From NCBI RefSeq assembly GCF_006345805.1, contig NC_043009.1, positions 3,038,001 to 3,102,000 of the forward strand: DNA of 64,000 nucleotides. Reading direction: 5' to 3'. Below are positions 14,144-28,078 of this stretch, one piece after another. This stretch comes from Octopus sinensis. Its lineage: Eukaryota. Below the pieces are notes generated by a model. That model did not search any database and had not been told where the DNA came from. It saw only the letters and a list, made by a program, of their open reading frames with translations. How positions within the stretch are numbered: the stretch's first letter is position 1; each line of letters begins with the position of its first letter. The position numbers and the translations under genes are program-made.

Positions 14144-14222
<79 letters not shown>

Positions 14223-14308
14223 GCATGTATTTGTATGTATATATATGTATATACATATATGCATGTATTTGTACATATATATATTTATACATATATACAT
14301 GTTTTTGT

Positions 14309-14358
<50 letters not shown>

Positions 14359-14372
14359 GTGTGTGTGTGTGT

Positions 14373-14645
14373 GGAGACACATGGCCTAGTGGTTAGAGCA
14401 GCTTATTCGTGGTCGAGGTATCGCGGGTTTGAATTTCAGACCGGGTGATGTGTGTGATTATGAGCGAAACAGCTAAGCTCCACGCGGCTCCGGCAGAAGG
14501 TTATGGTTAACTTCTGCTGACTCTTTCACCACAACTTTCTCCCACTCTTTCCTCCTGCATCTTGCAGCTCACCTGCGTCCCGTCCAGGTGGGGAACCTAT
14601 ACGACAAGGAAACCGAGAAACCGGCCCTATGCTCCACAAGGGGAA
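14373..14645 (+). mobile_element. tRNA-derived SINE family 2
   Basis: A-box-like tggcctagtggttagagcag and B-box-like gggtttgaatttc. The body matches the reverse complement of 58690-58995. Confidence 0.9.
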
Positions 14646-15237
14646 AAAAGGATTAAGAAGAAGAAATGTATGTATATATGTTTGCATGCATATATATATA
14701 TGTATATATATTTGTATATGTATACTTGTATATATAGGTTTTCCACGTTAGGTTGGTAGGGATATACATTCCTAGCGGGTACCGTATTCTCTTTTACCGG
14801 TTATGTATGTGTAGAAATGAAAAGACGTGATTGACTGCAGAATAAAACTGGATAAATAAATCTCTATTCTCCTAATTATTATACGTATGTATATATGCCC
14901 GTTTGTATGTATGTATGCCTCTTCTGTTCTCGATCATTTAAATTTTTACTGTGAAGAAACAGCTGGTTTCTAACAAAGATATAAAACTTCGTCTTTGGAA
15001 TGTAGACAAGGAAAATAATGTTATATTTTAAAACCGAAAAAGCCTTGCATTGTTTTACTGTTCCTCTTACAAACTGTATTTGTAATATGCGAATCGGCTG
15101 ATATCTTTTCCTGAGAATCCTAGCTTATCTAGACTGATAGTTAAGGATTTACTTACAAAACCAAGTTACCCCAATTATTATTGGTATAAATATCAATTTT
15201 GTAATCCGGTTATGAATGTATGTACATGTACGTTTAT

Positions 15238-15500
15238 ATATTTGTTGTGCAAGATTTTTTATGTGAAGTCGTGTGTTGAAACAGATATTGTTATATGACG
15301 GTTAGTAAGAAGAGACACAAATAAGAAAGAAGAAAACAAAGGACCTCTGATGCGGTCACAGGAGTGTGACGAAGGAACTCTGGCCGAAATAAGATTAAGA
15401 TTAATGTAAAAAATATATAACACTGAAGCAAAGTAACACCAAATATATAGTGCGTGTGATTTTATTGGCTAAACTGGCAAAATGACCATTCCGAAATATA
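15238..15500. mobile_element. TA-flanked repeat family D, convergent arm fragments
   Basis: 15240-15297 matches 48340-48395 inverted; 15440-15510 matches 48245-48315 inverted. Confidence 0.65.
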
Positions 15501-16831
15501 ACAATATATGTACATGTATATATGTATGAATGCATGTATGTATAGATGTATGTATGTTTGTATGTGTGTATGCATGCATGCATATATGTATGTATGCATG
15601 TATATATATATATATATATATATATAGCTATTTTAAATTTTTAATCGACGATCGTTTAAACAATTTAGACTGTCAATTTTATCTTATCTCCTCACCATAG
15701 ACCTCAGATCTCAATATTATTGAGCATTTATGGTGCTTTTAGAAAAAACATGTAAGGAGTCGATATTCTCTGCCATCATCACTACAAGTATTGGTGATTG
15801 TTTTAGCTGAAGAACGGACAAAAATTCATTTCGAAACAATTCAAACATTGTAAGAGTTCATACTTCGTAGAATTTAAGCTGTAATTACTGCCAAAGGCAG
15901 TCCAACCCCGTGTTAAAATAAATTTGTTTGAAATTTTAAGGTGTTTCCATTATTTTGTCCAACCCTTGTATATATATCCATGCATACGTATATAAGTGCT
16001 GAGTGAGAGAAAGTGAGAAAAAAGGAAAACAAAAACGAGAAGAAGAAAAAGAAGTAGAGGAAGAAGTAGAAATGAAGGGGGACAAAATACATGTGTGACA
16101 TTTGTTTTTACCCTAGATGCACTTACACAGACCTACGCGCAAGTATACATACGTGTGTGCGTGCCATATATATGTGAGTTATATATACATAGGAAACTAC
16201 GAATTTTCCGTCTTGTACTTGCAAAGACGTATGACTAATTCTTCAAACTGAACGATGCACTGTGTAAGAGCAGAAATTCAAAAACGCGTAAGTGTATGGA
16301 TAGAAGAGATTTACATACATAGACATTAATAGCTAGAGATAATCTAATAGAAACATGCATTATTACTGGCGAAGATGAAAAGAACCTGATGCACGATAGT
16401 AGTTAAATGCCGTAGATAAAACAAACGTTGAACGTAAAAGAGATGAACCGAAACAGGTTAGAAATCTTTTACTCTTTGAAATCTACTACACTCTACGATA
16501 GGACAACATTCCATTTGTGTTTCTGTTAGAAACTAAACAGAAGAAATATGCAAAACAAGACAAAAAGAAAAAAGAAAGACATTATGTGTCTTCTGAATGC
16601 GTGGGTAGATCCGTCTTGGATCTACCCACGCATTCGGTTGTTTGCTAGACATTAATTCAATCCCAATGCGTAATAGATATGAATCTGTAAACAATACCAT
16701 ACAGTTAGTATTAAAAATATGTAAACGGGCAGTAATGGAATGTAAAATGGTGAAAGAATTATGAACCATATTCGGAGATGTGAGCACTACTTTCTCGGAA
16801 CATGAACTGAATCGGTATTTAGTACTATTAT

Positions 16832-17286
16832 GGGATCTTTTCGGTTTGAACGGCAGTTTTTAACATAATTTCTAGGTAACTAAAAAATTTTAACCTTCGT
16901 ATACTCGTAGAATGTGTTTATAAAACATATTTTTTCTCTTGGCTTTATTGAGAAAATTCTATAGTTTGTAAGATATTTATTTTTTTTTCTTCAATTTCTG
17001 CAATTTCAACCAATCAATGACCGTCTATTGAGGTGAAAACATTCTGTGCCGTATGAATATGTCCCTCGTTTAAGAAACAGATCGGGTTTATTTACATTTC
17101 TAAAGAAAAAAGGATACCCTTCCCCCACCCCTAATCCTAACACTAACCCTAATCCAAACTAACCCTAACTAACCCTAACCCTAAAACAGATTCAAATGCA
17201 ATAGATCGATACTAGGGTCATAATTATGGATGACAATTTCATATGACACCGGTAGAAAAAACTGCCGTTCAAACCGAAAAGATCCC
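16832..17286. mobile_element. 455-bp MITE with perfect 30-bp TIRs and internal (CCCTAA)-like array
   Basis: The TIR gggatcttttcggtttgaacggcagttttt is at both ends; ccctaatcctaacactaaccctaa...ccctaaccctaa lies at ~17129-17183. TSD unclear. Confidence 0.9.
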
Positions 17287-17599
17287 TATTATGTTGTATG
17301 CTATCGCATAATTAAATATTTATCATTCTCTAAAATGAGTGTGTTAAAAAGGTAACTAATATTTTTTCATGAACATGTCCTAACAGAGTAACGGTATTCG
17401 CAATCATATTTTGTATTCCTCATAAGACGTGCTGTTGCGCGAACGAACCTGCAACTTATGTCTTGTTCAAATGTATTCAACAATATAATGTGTGTGCGTG
17501 CATGCGCATGTGTGTGTAGATGCGAGTGTGTCTACGTACGTTTGCATGTATATACAGACACTTACAAGAACATATATATATATATATATTATATTAAAT

Positions 17600-17770
17600 T
17601 AGAGATAAAACCACTATTAGGCAAATCAAACAATGAAAAACATAAGCCAATACATAAAATTAATTAATTCATATTATTTAAATATATATCAAAAGTATTA
17701 AAAGTAATAAAAGATAAAAAGTAAAACACTATGATCGTTTCATGGCTGTACAATTCGTGATAATTCGAGT
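17600..17770 (+). mobile_element. Family A fragment with decayed HHR tail
   Basis: agataaaaccactattaggcaaatcaaacaatgaaaaacataagcc..., ending in actatgatcgtttc (minus GAAACGATCATAGT) with no CUGANGA core. Confidence 0.65.
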
Positions 17771-17777
17771 TATGGTT

Positions 17778-17814
<37 letters not shown>

Positions 17815-17822
<8 letters not shown>

Positions 17823-18087
17823 GTGAAGGGAAGAAATGGAGCTGAAGAAGATTCTACAGAATTCCTTTTATTATTTTCTACACATGTTTCAAAGGCCGCA
17901 AATTTCCAAATTCGGATTGAATAAGGACACCATTTTGCAGCATTCTCTTCAGGAAAATCCAGGAATTTAAAAATCCAAAACAAATGCGCAGCAAGGTATT
18001 CTCCTAAGGAGCGTTTTGTTCGAATACCTTGCTGCGCATTTGTTTTGGATTTTTAAATTCCTGGATTTCTTCCTTCACTAAATATAT
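17815..18087. mobile_element. Family C fold-back element (HHR plus perfect 46-bp inverted repeat)
   Basis: 17955-18000 and 18023-18068 are exact reverse complements with a 22-nt spacer. 18066-18087 mirrors ~17815-17836, so the right arm lacks the HHR segment. Confidence 0.85.
17873..17958 (-). ncRNA. Type I hammerhead ribozyme
   Basis: Minus strand: attttc CUGAAGA gaaugcugcaaa...uuugcggccuuu GAAA C AUGU GUA gaaaau. 6-bp stem I, ~12-bp stem II with wobbles, near-palindromic stem III, GUA cleavage site (17879-17881). Confidence 0.8.
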
Positions 18088-18233
18088 TAAACTTCAATTA
18101 TCCGCGCTAAGGCACGGTTGTGACACCCCAAGGTCGTAACTTCAACCGTGATTTTTCTGTTGTGATTTTTGCTACCCAGGTATCGGTTAAATTTTGAATA
18201 ATCCTTAACAAGATAATTCATTTATCCATTTCA

Positions 18234-18294
<61 letters not shown>

Positions 18295-19001
18295 ATATAT
18301 GTATGTGTGTGTCTGTCTGTCTCTGTCTCTGTCTCTGTGTGCGTGCGTGAGAGAGAATGAGAGAGATAAATTTTTATAACGTTAACGTATGTAAAGTCGT
18401 GTGCATTGTATTCGAAACGTGGAAGCTAAATCCCCTTAAAACCACAGCGTTGCTATTTTCAGCTTATTAATATAATATAAGTTAGAAAACGTGTACGCAC
18501 AAACACGTGCAAACAATAGAACACCACAGGAAAACGCTTAAGCGTGCAACACAAAATATTTCTTTTATAATTACAATTTAAAATCTACATACATACATCT
18601 TATATTTGCACATATGTACGCACAAATGCATACATACATATACAGGCATATGAATACATACATATACATACATACAAACACGCACATTTGAGTGTATATA
18701 TTTAACTAAATGCATGTATATATAAAGAATACGCCAGTCTGTTAATATGTTTTTATATATGTTTTTGTGTGGTTTTCACGGATATTTTAAAAGAAATTAA
18801 AAGAAAAGATTGTCACGATTTTACTATGCATAAAACTGGAATCAAGTGATCAAAACTGTAATATTTATGATTTCTAGAAATTTACGTATTTAAACAAACT
18901 TATGGAATGTATGTCATATGATGTGTGCATTTTCGTAAATCATCGCTTCATGCGAATTAAATTCATTGAACGTTTTTAAATCTTCCTGTTCGAAAGAAAT
19001 A

Positions 19002-19032
<31 letters not shown>

Positions 19033-19208
19033 GATGAGTGTATTTTTACCTTGTTAACAATTATCACGAAAAAAAAAATACATAGTTACCAGGGCAGAAG
19101 ATTGCATTGTTTATACCATTTATTCTTTTGAATAGTATCAGTGGAATTTTCGAAACATGTGTCGAAAGTAAAAATATTTGATTACAACTGCGTTAACTCC
19201 ATTTTTTA

Positions 19209-19244
<36 letters not shown>

Positions 19245-19317
19245 AATCAAGGAACTGCCATAATAGGCCATTCACCCACTAGAAATAACAGCCAAAGCTT
19301 CAACCACTATATATATA

Positions 19318-20172
19318 TTCTTTACTCTCTTTTACTCTTTTGCTTGTTTCAGTCATTTGACTGTGGCCTTACTGGAGCACCGCCTTTTGTCGACCAAATC
19401 GACCGCAGGACTTATTCTCTGTAAGCCTGGTACGTATTCTATCGCTCTCTTTTGCCGAATCGCTAAGTCATGGGGATGTAAACACACCAGTATTGGTTGA
19501 CAAGCGATGTTTGGGGACAAACACAGACACACAAACATATTCATACGCACACACACACACATATATATATATATACAATTTGATTTGTTTACATATTTCT
19601 CGATAAATTATGAGCGCCAGGCGATATACCAGAATTCCCTAGTTTTGTCGGGACGTTCGGAGTCTGTGCAGTGATATGATTAGTTAGGGAGAGTAAATCA
19701 TTAGACGCACATGCTTCTAGTGAGTTAGGATCCCAGAAAAACAGGGTCTCACTGAAGAATTCTCCCTGAGCAAATAAATTATCTTTATTGCTGAAAAGAA
19801 AGAAACTGCAGTCTGAGAATTACCGGTTTAGTAAATGTTTTTATCTTCATTTCACTTAATTTATCAAGCTTCTGTATTCCTAGCACATATTTCGCCTTAA
19901 TGTACTGATATATGAAAAATATATGGCTTGTGCTAGTAATACCAGCGATTATAATTATTTTTATTTTATCGCAATTTGATTTGTTTATATATATATATAT
20001 ATATATATATACGACGGGCTTCTTTCAGTTTCAGTCTACCAAATCCACTCACAAGGCTTTGGTCGGCCCGAGGCTATAGTGGAAGACACTCACCCAAGGT
20101 GCCACGTAGTGGGACTGAACCCGGAACCATGTGGTTCTTTAGCAAGTTACTTACCACAAAGCCATTCCTACG
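19318..20172 (-). mobile_element. SINE family 1, probably one copy split at its internal microsatellite
   Basis: The 3' half is at 19318-19570 and the 5' half at 20010-20172, in the same orientation, with ~400 bp of unrelated sequence between them. Confidence 0.7.
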
Positions 20173-20178
20173 CCAATA

Positions 20179-20232
<54 letters not shown>

Positions 20233-20724
20233 AGTAGTAGTAGTAGTATATCAAGTAAATTGTGAAAAGATTGTTTGAATACAGCAAAAATCAATTTATT
20301 TACATAACTGTCGATTACGTGAAACCTATGATCGCTTCAAAATCTACCTTCATTCATTTAACAAATAGTAATTGCATTATGAATTCAAAGGGTAAAAATC
20401 TCTTCAGGTTTACATTCGACATATTTCTTTCCATTGTATTTGATTTAGTGTTCATTATAGACTAAGAGAGCAGATAGCGTTTTTTGGAGTGTCTGAGTTT
20501 TCTGTTGGTGTGTATATCGAATCAGATAAAAACATCCATACGGACTATTGGAACTGTACAATGTGGATAGTACTAGTATCAATCAAAAACTAATACTACC
20601 ACAGATAAACGAATTCCATTATATTCACAGAGATGTGGATAAACCCGGGTATCTGGAATGCAAGACTCCATGGAAAGAGTAATTTATTTCATTGCAAAAC
20701 TCATATTTATATATATATATGTAT

Positions 20725-20770
<46 letters not shown>

Positions 20771-21283
20771 ATGTGTGTGTGCGTGTGTGAGTGTTTGTGT
20801 GTGTGTCTATAAATATATATATATATATATACAGAGATAGGTACATATATATATATAGACAGAAAGAGAGATTGATTGATAGTTATGTACACATATACGT
20901 ATACATGTATGTGTATACTTGTCTGTGCGCAGGTGTGAGTGTAATAGTGTGTTTCTATGCAGGTGATATTTCATTCTTGAACAAGGCAGAATCGTTTAAC
21001 TAAGTTGAAATTCCGTCAAGATCGGTATACATTTCATTATTTAGGTGTAGACAAAAAAGAGGACCATTTGGGCACTGGAGTCGATGTAATTGATTTACAT
21101 CATTCACGAAAAATGGTGGTCTTTGCCAAAATTTGAAATGGGTATGTAATTTTTGAAGCGCACAACTTTAGAAACATGAAGACTCTTCACTGTTGATATA
21201 AAACATGAAATACGATGACAGTAACACAGAAAGAACTTTTGCAGGTAGTCCTATGAGGGATACCTCTTATGCGTTTAAATATA

Positions 21284-21347
<64 letters not shown>

Positions 21348-22593
21348 TATATATATGTAGTATGAGTGCGTTTTTGAGAGAGACTGAGAGGGATAGGGGG
21401 CAATATAGATACAATGAGTGGTGAGATTACACATTGCATATAAAGTCATTGTTAAAATACTCTTGTTATTAATATCATATAAGTATAGCGTATGTTGTCA
21501 ATAGATAAGGTACATCCATTATCTTTGTTGGTATTTGTCTATTGCTACATTCATGTAAATCTGTCCCTGGCGAAAATGGTTAACTCTATACATTCATGCA
21601 CTTAAAATTCTTCTAATACATTGTGGTAAGTAGTGTTCGCACTATGAATATGATAAATATTTCCTTGTGTTAAGGCAACGTGGTTATGATGATGGTTTTT
21701 ATAATGATGTCAGAACCGACTATGACACCTGACGTGTATTTATTCTATTGGTCCTAGAAAAGAAGGACAGCAAACGTAAACTACGACTCTGAAAGCATGA
21801 CTGACGGAACTTAATACTATATTGGTATTTAGTCTGTTGATTTACTGATACTACGACTGCATCGGCTTAAGTAGGAGAAACTTATATTGACGAAGACAAA
21901 CCGAGACAAATTTGACCTGCAACGTTCGTAAGACATTATAAATTCTATAAAATGTTGTAACGAGTGCTTGGAAAGTAGGAATATCGACATTACTCTCAGT
22001 TGAGATATACAGTTATTTGTCATCGATTGCACGTTATAATACACACTTTAGAAATATGTTCTTAAAACTAGACATTGTTTGGCTTCCTCAATAAAGTTTA
22101 ACATGAGTAGGATTTCGAAAATAAATAAATAAATAAATGACCTTTGTTCATTTGTCGTCCGGTCGAAACGTGATCTTTCAATATATTGATCGTCGACTAA
22201 GACTGTTCTAGACATCTAAATGTTCTCATTTTGATACCTTAAAACACCACGGAAAACAACGTAATTATTATATACCACCGGATGTAGCGTTTTCTTTAAA
22301 CCATATAAAAGTCAATGAAATTACAGACCACAAGATACATTTTCAAAGATCTGTTTACAAGACGAGTTCATATCTCACCGTAATAACTTGGAGAAACCTA
22401 ATTTCACTTCAAATATTTCGTATAATATATTGTGTTTTGGACTATTTAAAAGCTGAATGTAATATTCCTATTGTTATATATTTGGAAAAAGCAAGGAGAT
22501 GTGTCTTTTAAGTACATTTCATATATGAAAATTTCAGGTGTGGTTCCTGAATGAGTCAATAAGATATATATATATATATATGTGTGTGTATAT

Positions 22594-22632
<39 letters not shown>

Positions 22633-23110
22633 CGTAGACGTTGAGATTTAAGTCTTCAAAGGAATATTAAACATCAAAGTTCACTGGTTCAATCAAAAGA
22701 AACGAAAATATAGTTAAAGTATAATAAGGAATCGTAAAATGGAAGTGTAGCCGTTACTCTCTTCCAAGCTGATACACATACCCAATCTTAATTAATAATG
22801 AATTCCAGAGGAAAAGCTTGATTTGCCATTTAGTAAGTATTATATTTCGTTTTGTTTTCAATTAATTAGGTTTTGGAAACAACTTGTAGAGTTATAATTG
22901 GATATATGCACCAACTTGGAATAAAATGACGTTGACACTTCTATTTTCCTTTCTTTATTATACTATATATATATGTGTGTGTGTATGTGTATGTAAAACT
23001 AATAGGCATATATATATATATATGATATATACATAGATACATGTGTATATATATGTATATATACATAACCATATATACACAAACACAATACAAACACATG
23101 CATGCATATG

Positions 23111-23162
<52 letters not shown>

Positions 23163-24182
23163 CATACATATATATATATATGGATTTTGTTTCCAAGCTA
23201 TGCGGATCTTAATCCGTATAGCAAAGTCTTATGTTTCTACATATACATCAGGAAAAACCTTCGACCCTGTTTTCAGGTTATTGTATTGTATAGGATTACC
23301 TTGATTATTTATAAATGATCCAAAATAGGGTGTTATATTTTATTTTATGTCTTTCGTATATATTTTTATTAATGCACCCATTCTTTTAAAAAAAAGTAAT
23401 GTTTTTTTCAAAAAAAGCAATGTTGTCAAAATTAGAATGTTGATGTAAGTATGTGTATAGCCGAGGATATGTATTTGTAAGCATGCGTATCTGTGTATGT
23501 GTAAGTGAGAGTATGTTTGTGCTTAAGCACACATATACACGACTGTATGTGTATGTATCCATTCGAACTTGTTTGTATACTTGTCTCCATATATGCCAAT
23601 AATGCCGTTACACAGATTGTATACATAATTTTTTCTTATTTCGTTTTTTTCCCCACCCCTCCTTCGTTCCTTTTTCTCTCTCTTCCTTTCTTTCGTCCCC
23701 CCCCCTTACTCAGTATATGAGAATCGCTACATACACGATTTTTAACTTGCGTGCGAGATGGTTTTGCGTGAATATATGTACACATGCATTTATGTGTATA
23801 TTTAGATTTATATTCATACGTCTGTATATGTATGGCGTTGGCGCGCATCCTTTTTGTGTATGTTGATATATATATGCACATTTTAATAAAAATATGTATT
23901 GCAGTGTAATATTATAACAGGTTTAATTCCTATGAATTAATTTATACTTTCTTCTTCATTAACGTCAATATGTATTTTATTCAATGTAGGTTTTTCCTCG
24001 GATTTTATAATTTTTTATAAGTTTATATATATATATATATACATATATTTTTGACCTTTTTGTTTATCGCTCGAAGATTGACCGTTTTTTTCTAAAGGGC
24101 CAATCAAACAAGTCATTTCTTTTTAAAGGTGTAGCGTTTGTAAGAGTCTAGATTGAATTGATATATCGGTTCCATTCTAGCA

Positions 24183-24229
24183 AAAACTGTCTGATGAACG
24201 GCAACGAGAAACTCAGAGTAACAGATTTT
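24183..24229 (+). ncRNA. Minimal type I hammerhead ribozyme
   Basis: aaaa cugu CUGAUGA a cg gcaa cg a GAAA CUC A GAG UA acag a uuuu. Stem I cugu/acag (plus aaaa/uuuu), GNRA-capped 2-bp stem II, stem III ACUC-A-GAGU, cleavage after A24220. Confidence 0.75.
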
Positions 24230-24317
24230 GTTGAATTTTCTGCTGCTTAAAATACCACTGGTATTTGAGTACTCTTTTTTCCACCTTGTTTCACATTTAT
24301 GTGTTTTCCGACTTCCG

Positions 24318-24348
<31 letters not shown>

Positions 24349-24707
24349 GTATATGTATATGTTAGTGTTATGATATGTTTATCTGTATATGGTGATCACA
24401 ACATTAAGTTGTATTGAATAACCCGTAACGAGACCAAAAGAGTACTATCTACAACTAATAGGACTACTCAGGTTTTCTCAGTCAATAAAATTATCAAGAA
24501 TAATAAAATAATATGAACGATGAAACTGTTGTCTCCCCTTAAACGGGATTCTCGCCCGCTCTTTTAATTCTAAATAAACTCTCTCCATCTCTTCCTCTTT
24601 CACTCCGAAAGCAACTGTAGGTAGCAGAACCAGTATTCTCACTGAAAGTTATTACCCGAGTATATATACATATATGTCTCTCTCTCATGTCCTCTCACTC
24701 TCTCTCG

Positions 24708-24785
<78 letters not shown>

Positions 24786-25758
24786 TATATATATATACTG
24801 TCACAAACAGAGATGCACAATCGAACAAATAAACTTTGATATATACGTGAGTGTACTGCGTGTCTTTGTATGTATGTATGTATGTATGTATATATATATG
24901 TTCTAATATAAATCGGTAGATGCGTGCTACATCACAATGTTCTGCTATTTCGAAACGCTGGTTGAAATAACTAGAACTAATTGCATTTTATTTAAATGTG
25001 ATCTGAACGTAGTTTAACATTCGCAACCAAGTATTATATATTAAAGCTCAAATATTAAAAAAAAAATCAATTTTATTTTAAACTACATATCTCCTATTTT
25101 CAGCAATATATATATCCGAAACTGTTTTGTTCTCAGCAATAGGCCTGTTCTTTCTGCAAAGGAAGCAATATATTTTAGGAATTGATCGAATGCTATATAA
25201 GACTTTTAACGGTTTCTTTCAATTCGCACCAAGTAATCGAAACTAAAAATATCATGAAAACTAGAGTAGCAACGGACATCTGAAAATAAGACTTGCTTCT
25301 CAATCCGACTGTCAAAATGTCTATCGATTACAATACTCTAGATATCGTGTTTCTATGAGAGCATAAAGCTGTTAACATTTATAAAATTCGTTCTGCTAAA
25401 TGCCTCGCTTGTAGTTATGCATTATTGATATAGAACATTTCACGTCTTCAGTTGTTGATCTCCAGCAAAGTAAGTTACATTTTACTGCACATCGGAAATG
25501 TGTTTCTGTATTGGGCGTGTGTATGTATTTGTGTGTCTGTGTGTGTATGCGTTTGTGTGCATGTGTATGCGTGTGTCTGTGAGCGTATTAGGATTAGCTT
25601 GGCTGGTTATCTTACAGACACCTTCAGGTTAAGCCTTATACACAGCAGAAAATACGGATACGTTTATTATATTATATTTTTTCTTATTGGAATGAAATAT
25701 ATGAAAAAATGCAATATATCGTACGTCACACGTTATATCTGAATGTATACACACGAAC

Positions 25759-25796
<38 letters not shown>

Positions 25797-25833
25797 TATA
25801 TATATATATTGTATGCATGTATATATATACATA

Positions 25834-25928
<95 letters not shown>

Positions 25929-26429
25929 GTATGCATGTATATATATATATATATGTACCATACATACGAAAAAAGTATTTTGAAATTTCAAGTCAATTGA
26001 TTATTTTTATTGAAGAAGATATTTCTCAGTATATATTTCAAGTGTGTTAGACACATCATATTTCTTTCAATCGATGAAAGAGCTATGTTAGGATTCCAAT
26101 ACTGGAACAAATTATTTAAGCATTGATTTTTAAGAGTTAGTGGAGGAGAAATAGACACGTTCTACTTACTTAAATTGAGAGAATCCTGTAAGAGTAACAA
26201 TCTTTGTCACTATCTCTCAGAATAGACTGAAGTTAAAATCATACTAGAAATAAAATATGCCAAACGTCTCGTTAATATAAACGTTTGCTTAAGTCTGTAT
26301 ACAAATATATTCAGTTTAAGAACAATTAAACCTATACATGTACAAGGAGGAGTTAGTGTTAATAAATCGGTACAGACAACTATTGCTGCATATGCTTCGC
26401 TTGATATATGTATATGTGTTTTTCCTTCT

Positions 26430-26817
26430 AGGTTCAGTCGTTTGACTGCGGCGATGCTGGGGCACTGACTTGAAGACTTGAAGAGTTTTGAGTGTAAACA
26501 ATCGACACCAGCCTGGAACTTATTCTATAGGACACTTTTAAACCAGACATCTAATACACGGGGGTACAAACACGCCAAGACCGGTGTATATATATATATA
26601 TATTTACATACATACATACATATATATGTGTGTGTATGTGTGTATGTATGTCTGTGTGTATGTATATGCAATGGGCTTCCTTCAGTTTCCGTCTACCAAA
26701 TCCACTGACGTGGCATTGCTCGGGCTGAGCGTATGGTAACCGACATTGAACCACAGTGCCAGGCAATGGGACTGTACACGGAACCATGAACCATATGGCT
26801 GGGAAGCCAGTTTCGTA

Positions 26818-26822
<5 letters not shown>
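26430..26822 (-). mobile_element. SINE family 1, degraded
   Basis: ttcagtcgtttgactgcggcgatgctgg and gggcttccttcagtttccgtctaccaaatccac motifs. Confidence 0.7.
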
Positions 26823-26880
<58 letters not shown>

Positions 26881-27494
26881 TATGTATATAGACTGATATA
26901 CATAAACATATACACCCACGCAGGCACTCATGCACACATACATATATTAATTTACGTGTCTTGCACGCAATATCCATCGACCGACTTCGCTGGAGCAGAG
27001 GGTTTGAAGAGACTGTAGTACATGACACATGCTCAGCAACCGGAAAACACTTGTTGACCCAATGTGCTTCTTAACTAATGGACCATGTCTGCTTCTTTTC
27101 TTACTTTTCAGAACTCTCTTCCAATTTTGGCGTAAGTCCTGTAAGTTTTGGATTAGGCTAATAGTGAATACCATCCCCTCCACTTCTGACCTGTCACAAT
27201 TTATCGATCTCGAAAGGGTGAAAGACAAATTTAATCTCCTACGGCATTTGATTTCAGGATATAACATAATACTTCTAATACGAAAATGAATGGCACGATG
27301 CGTTTTGTCCTATTTCATATCAGGGTTTTCATCTCGCCAGTTAGTGAGTTTTCGCTAAAGCCGGTAATATATACTGCAGTATATATATATATCCGGAAGA
27401 TTCTAGAAGGACTTATCCCGAACTAAGATTAAATTTCAGTGTTCACAACAGTCCGGCTTAAAGGTACGTGAAACTCTGAGTACCAGTTCTGCGA

Positions 27495-27600
27495 ATAAGT
27501 TGCATCTTCCAACGCCATGGTTCCAGGTTCAGTACCAGTCCGTGGGCCCTTAGGCAAGTGTCTTCTACTCTGGCCTCGGGCCAACAAAAGCCTTGTGAGA
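27495..27600 (+). mobile_element. SINE family 1, 5' fragment
   Basis: ccatggttccaggttcagtacc...ggcaagtgtcttctact...aaagccttgtgag. Confidence 0.7.
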
Positions 27601-27901
27601 TCTGCTGGTATTACTTTATAAAGAATGTAAGATTCTCGTAAGGGAATCTTACATTGCTTATATACTCTATATTTGGAAGGACTCATTTTAAACTCTTTTG
27701 GACTTTTGGACTTTACTCATGGGATATTGGAATATTGCATATATACCATTATGCCTAAAAAATTCTTATATACACACGCTGACATAGAACCAACGTTGAA
27801 CCCTTTATTCGCAATATTACCGAATCTGGAACTTAACTATGGTCTGTCTATAGCACTTATTCAGCATTAGCTGACATCTTTTGGTCTCAATGACACCATT
27901 A

Positions 27902-27932
<31 letters not shown>

Positions 27933-28011
27933 ATAATATATATATATATAATATATATATATTAGTAAGAATTAGCAAAAAATACGAAGGCGAGTGTGTA
28001 AACAACAAACA

Positions 28012-28078
<67 letters not shown>

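Noticed and set aside
14373-14445. tRNA gene
   Set aside because: SINE head with A/B boxes; no cloverleaf, and it continues into a repeat body.
23225-23258. Minus-strand CTGATGT...GAAACATA
   Set aside because: A9 is missing and there is no stem III or cleavage triplet.
25425-25452. Minus-strand CTGAAGA cgt GAAAT
   Set aside because: Only 3 nt for stem II and no stem I.
26947-27289. Overlapping 106-aa and 86-aa ORFs
   Set aside because: No recognisable motif and no coherent start or splice context.
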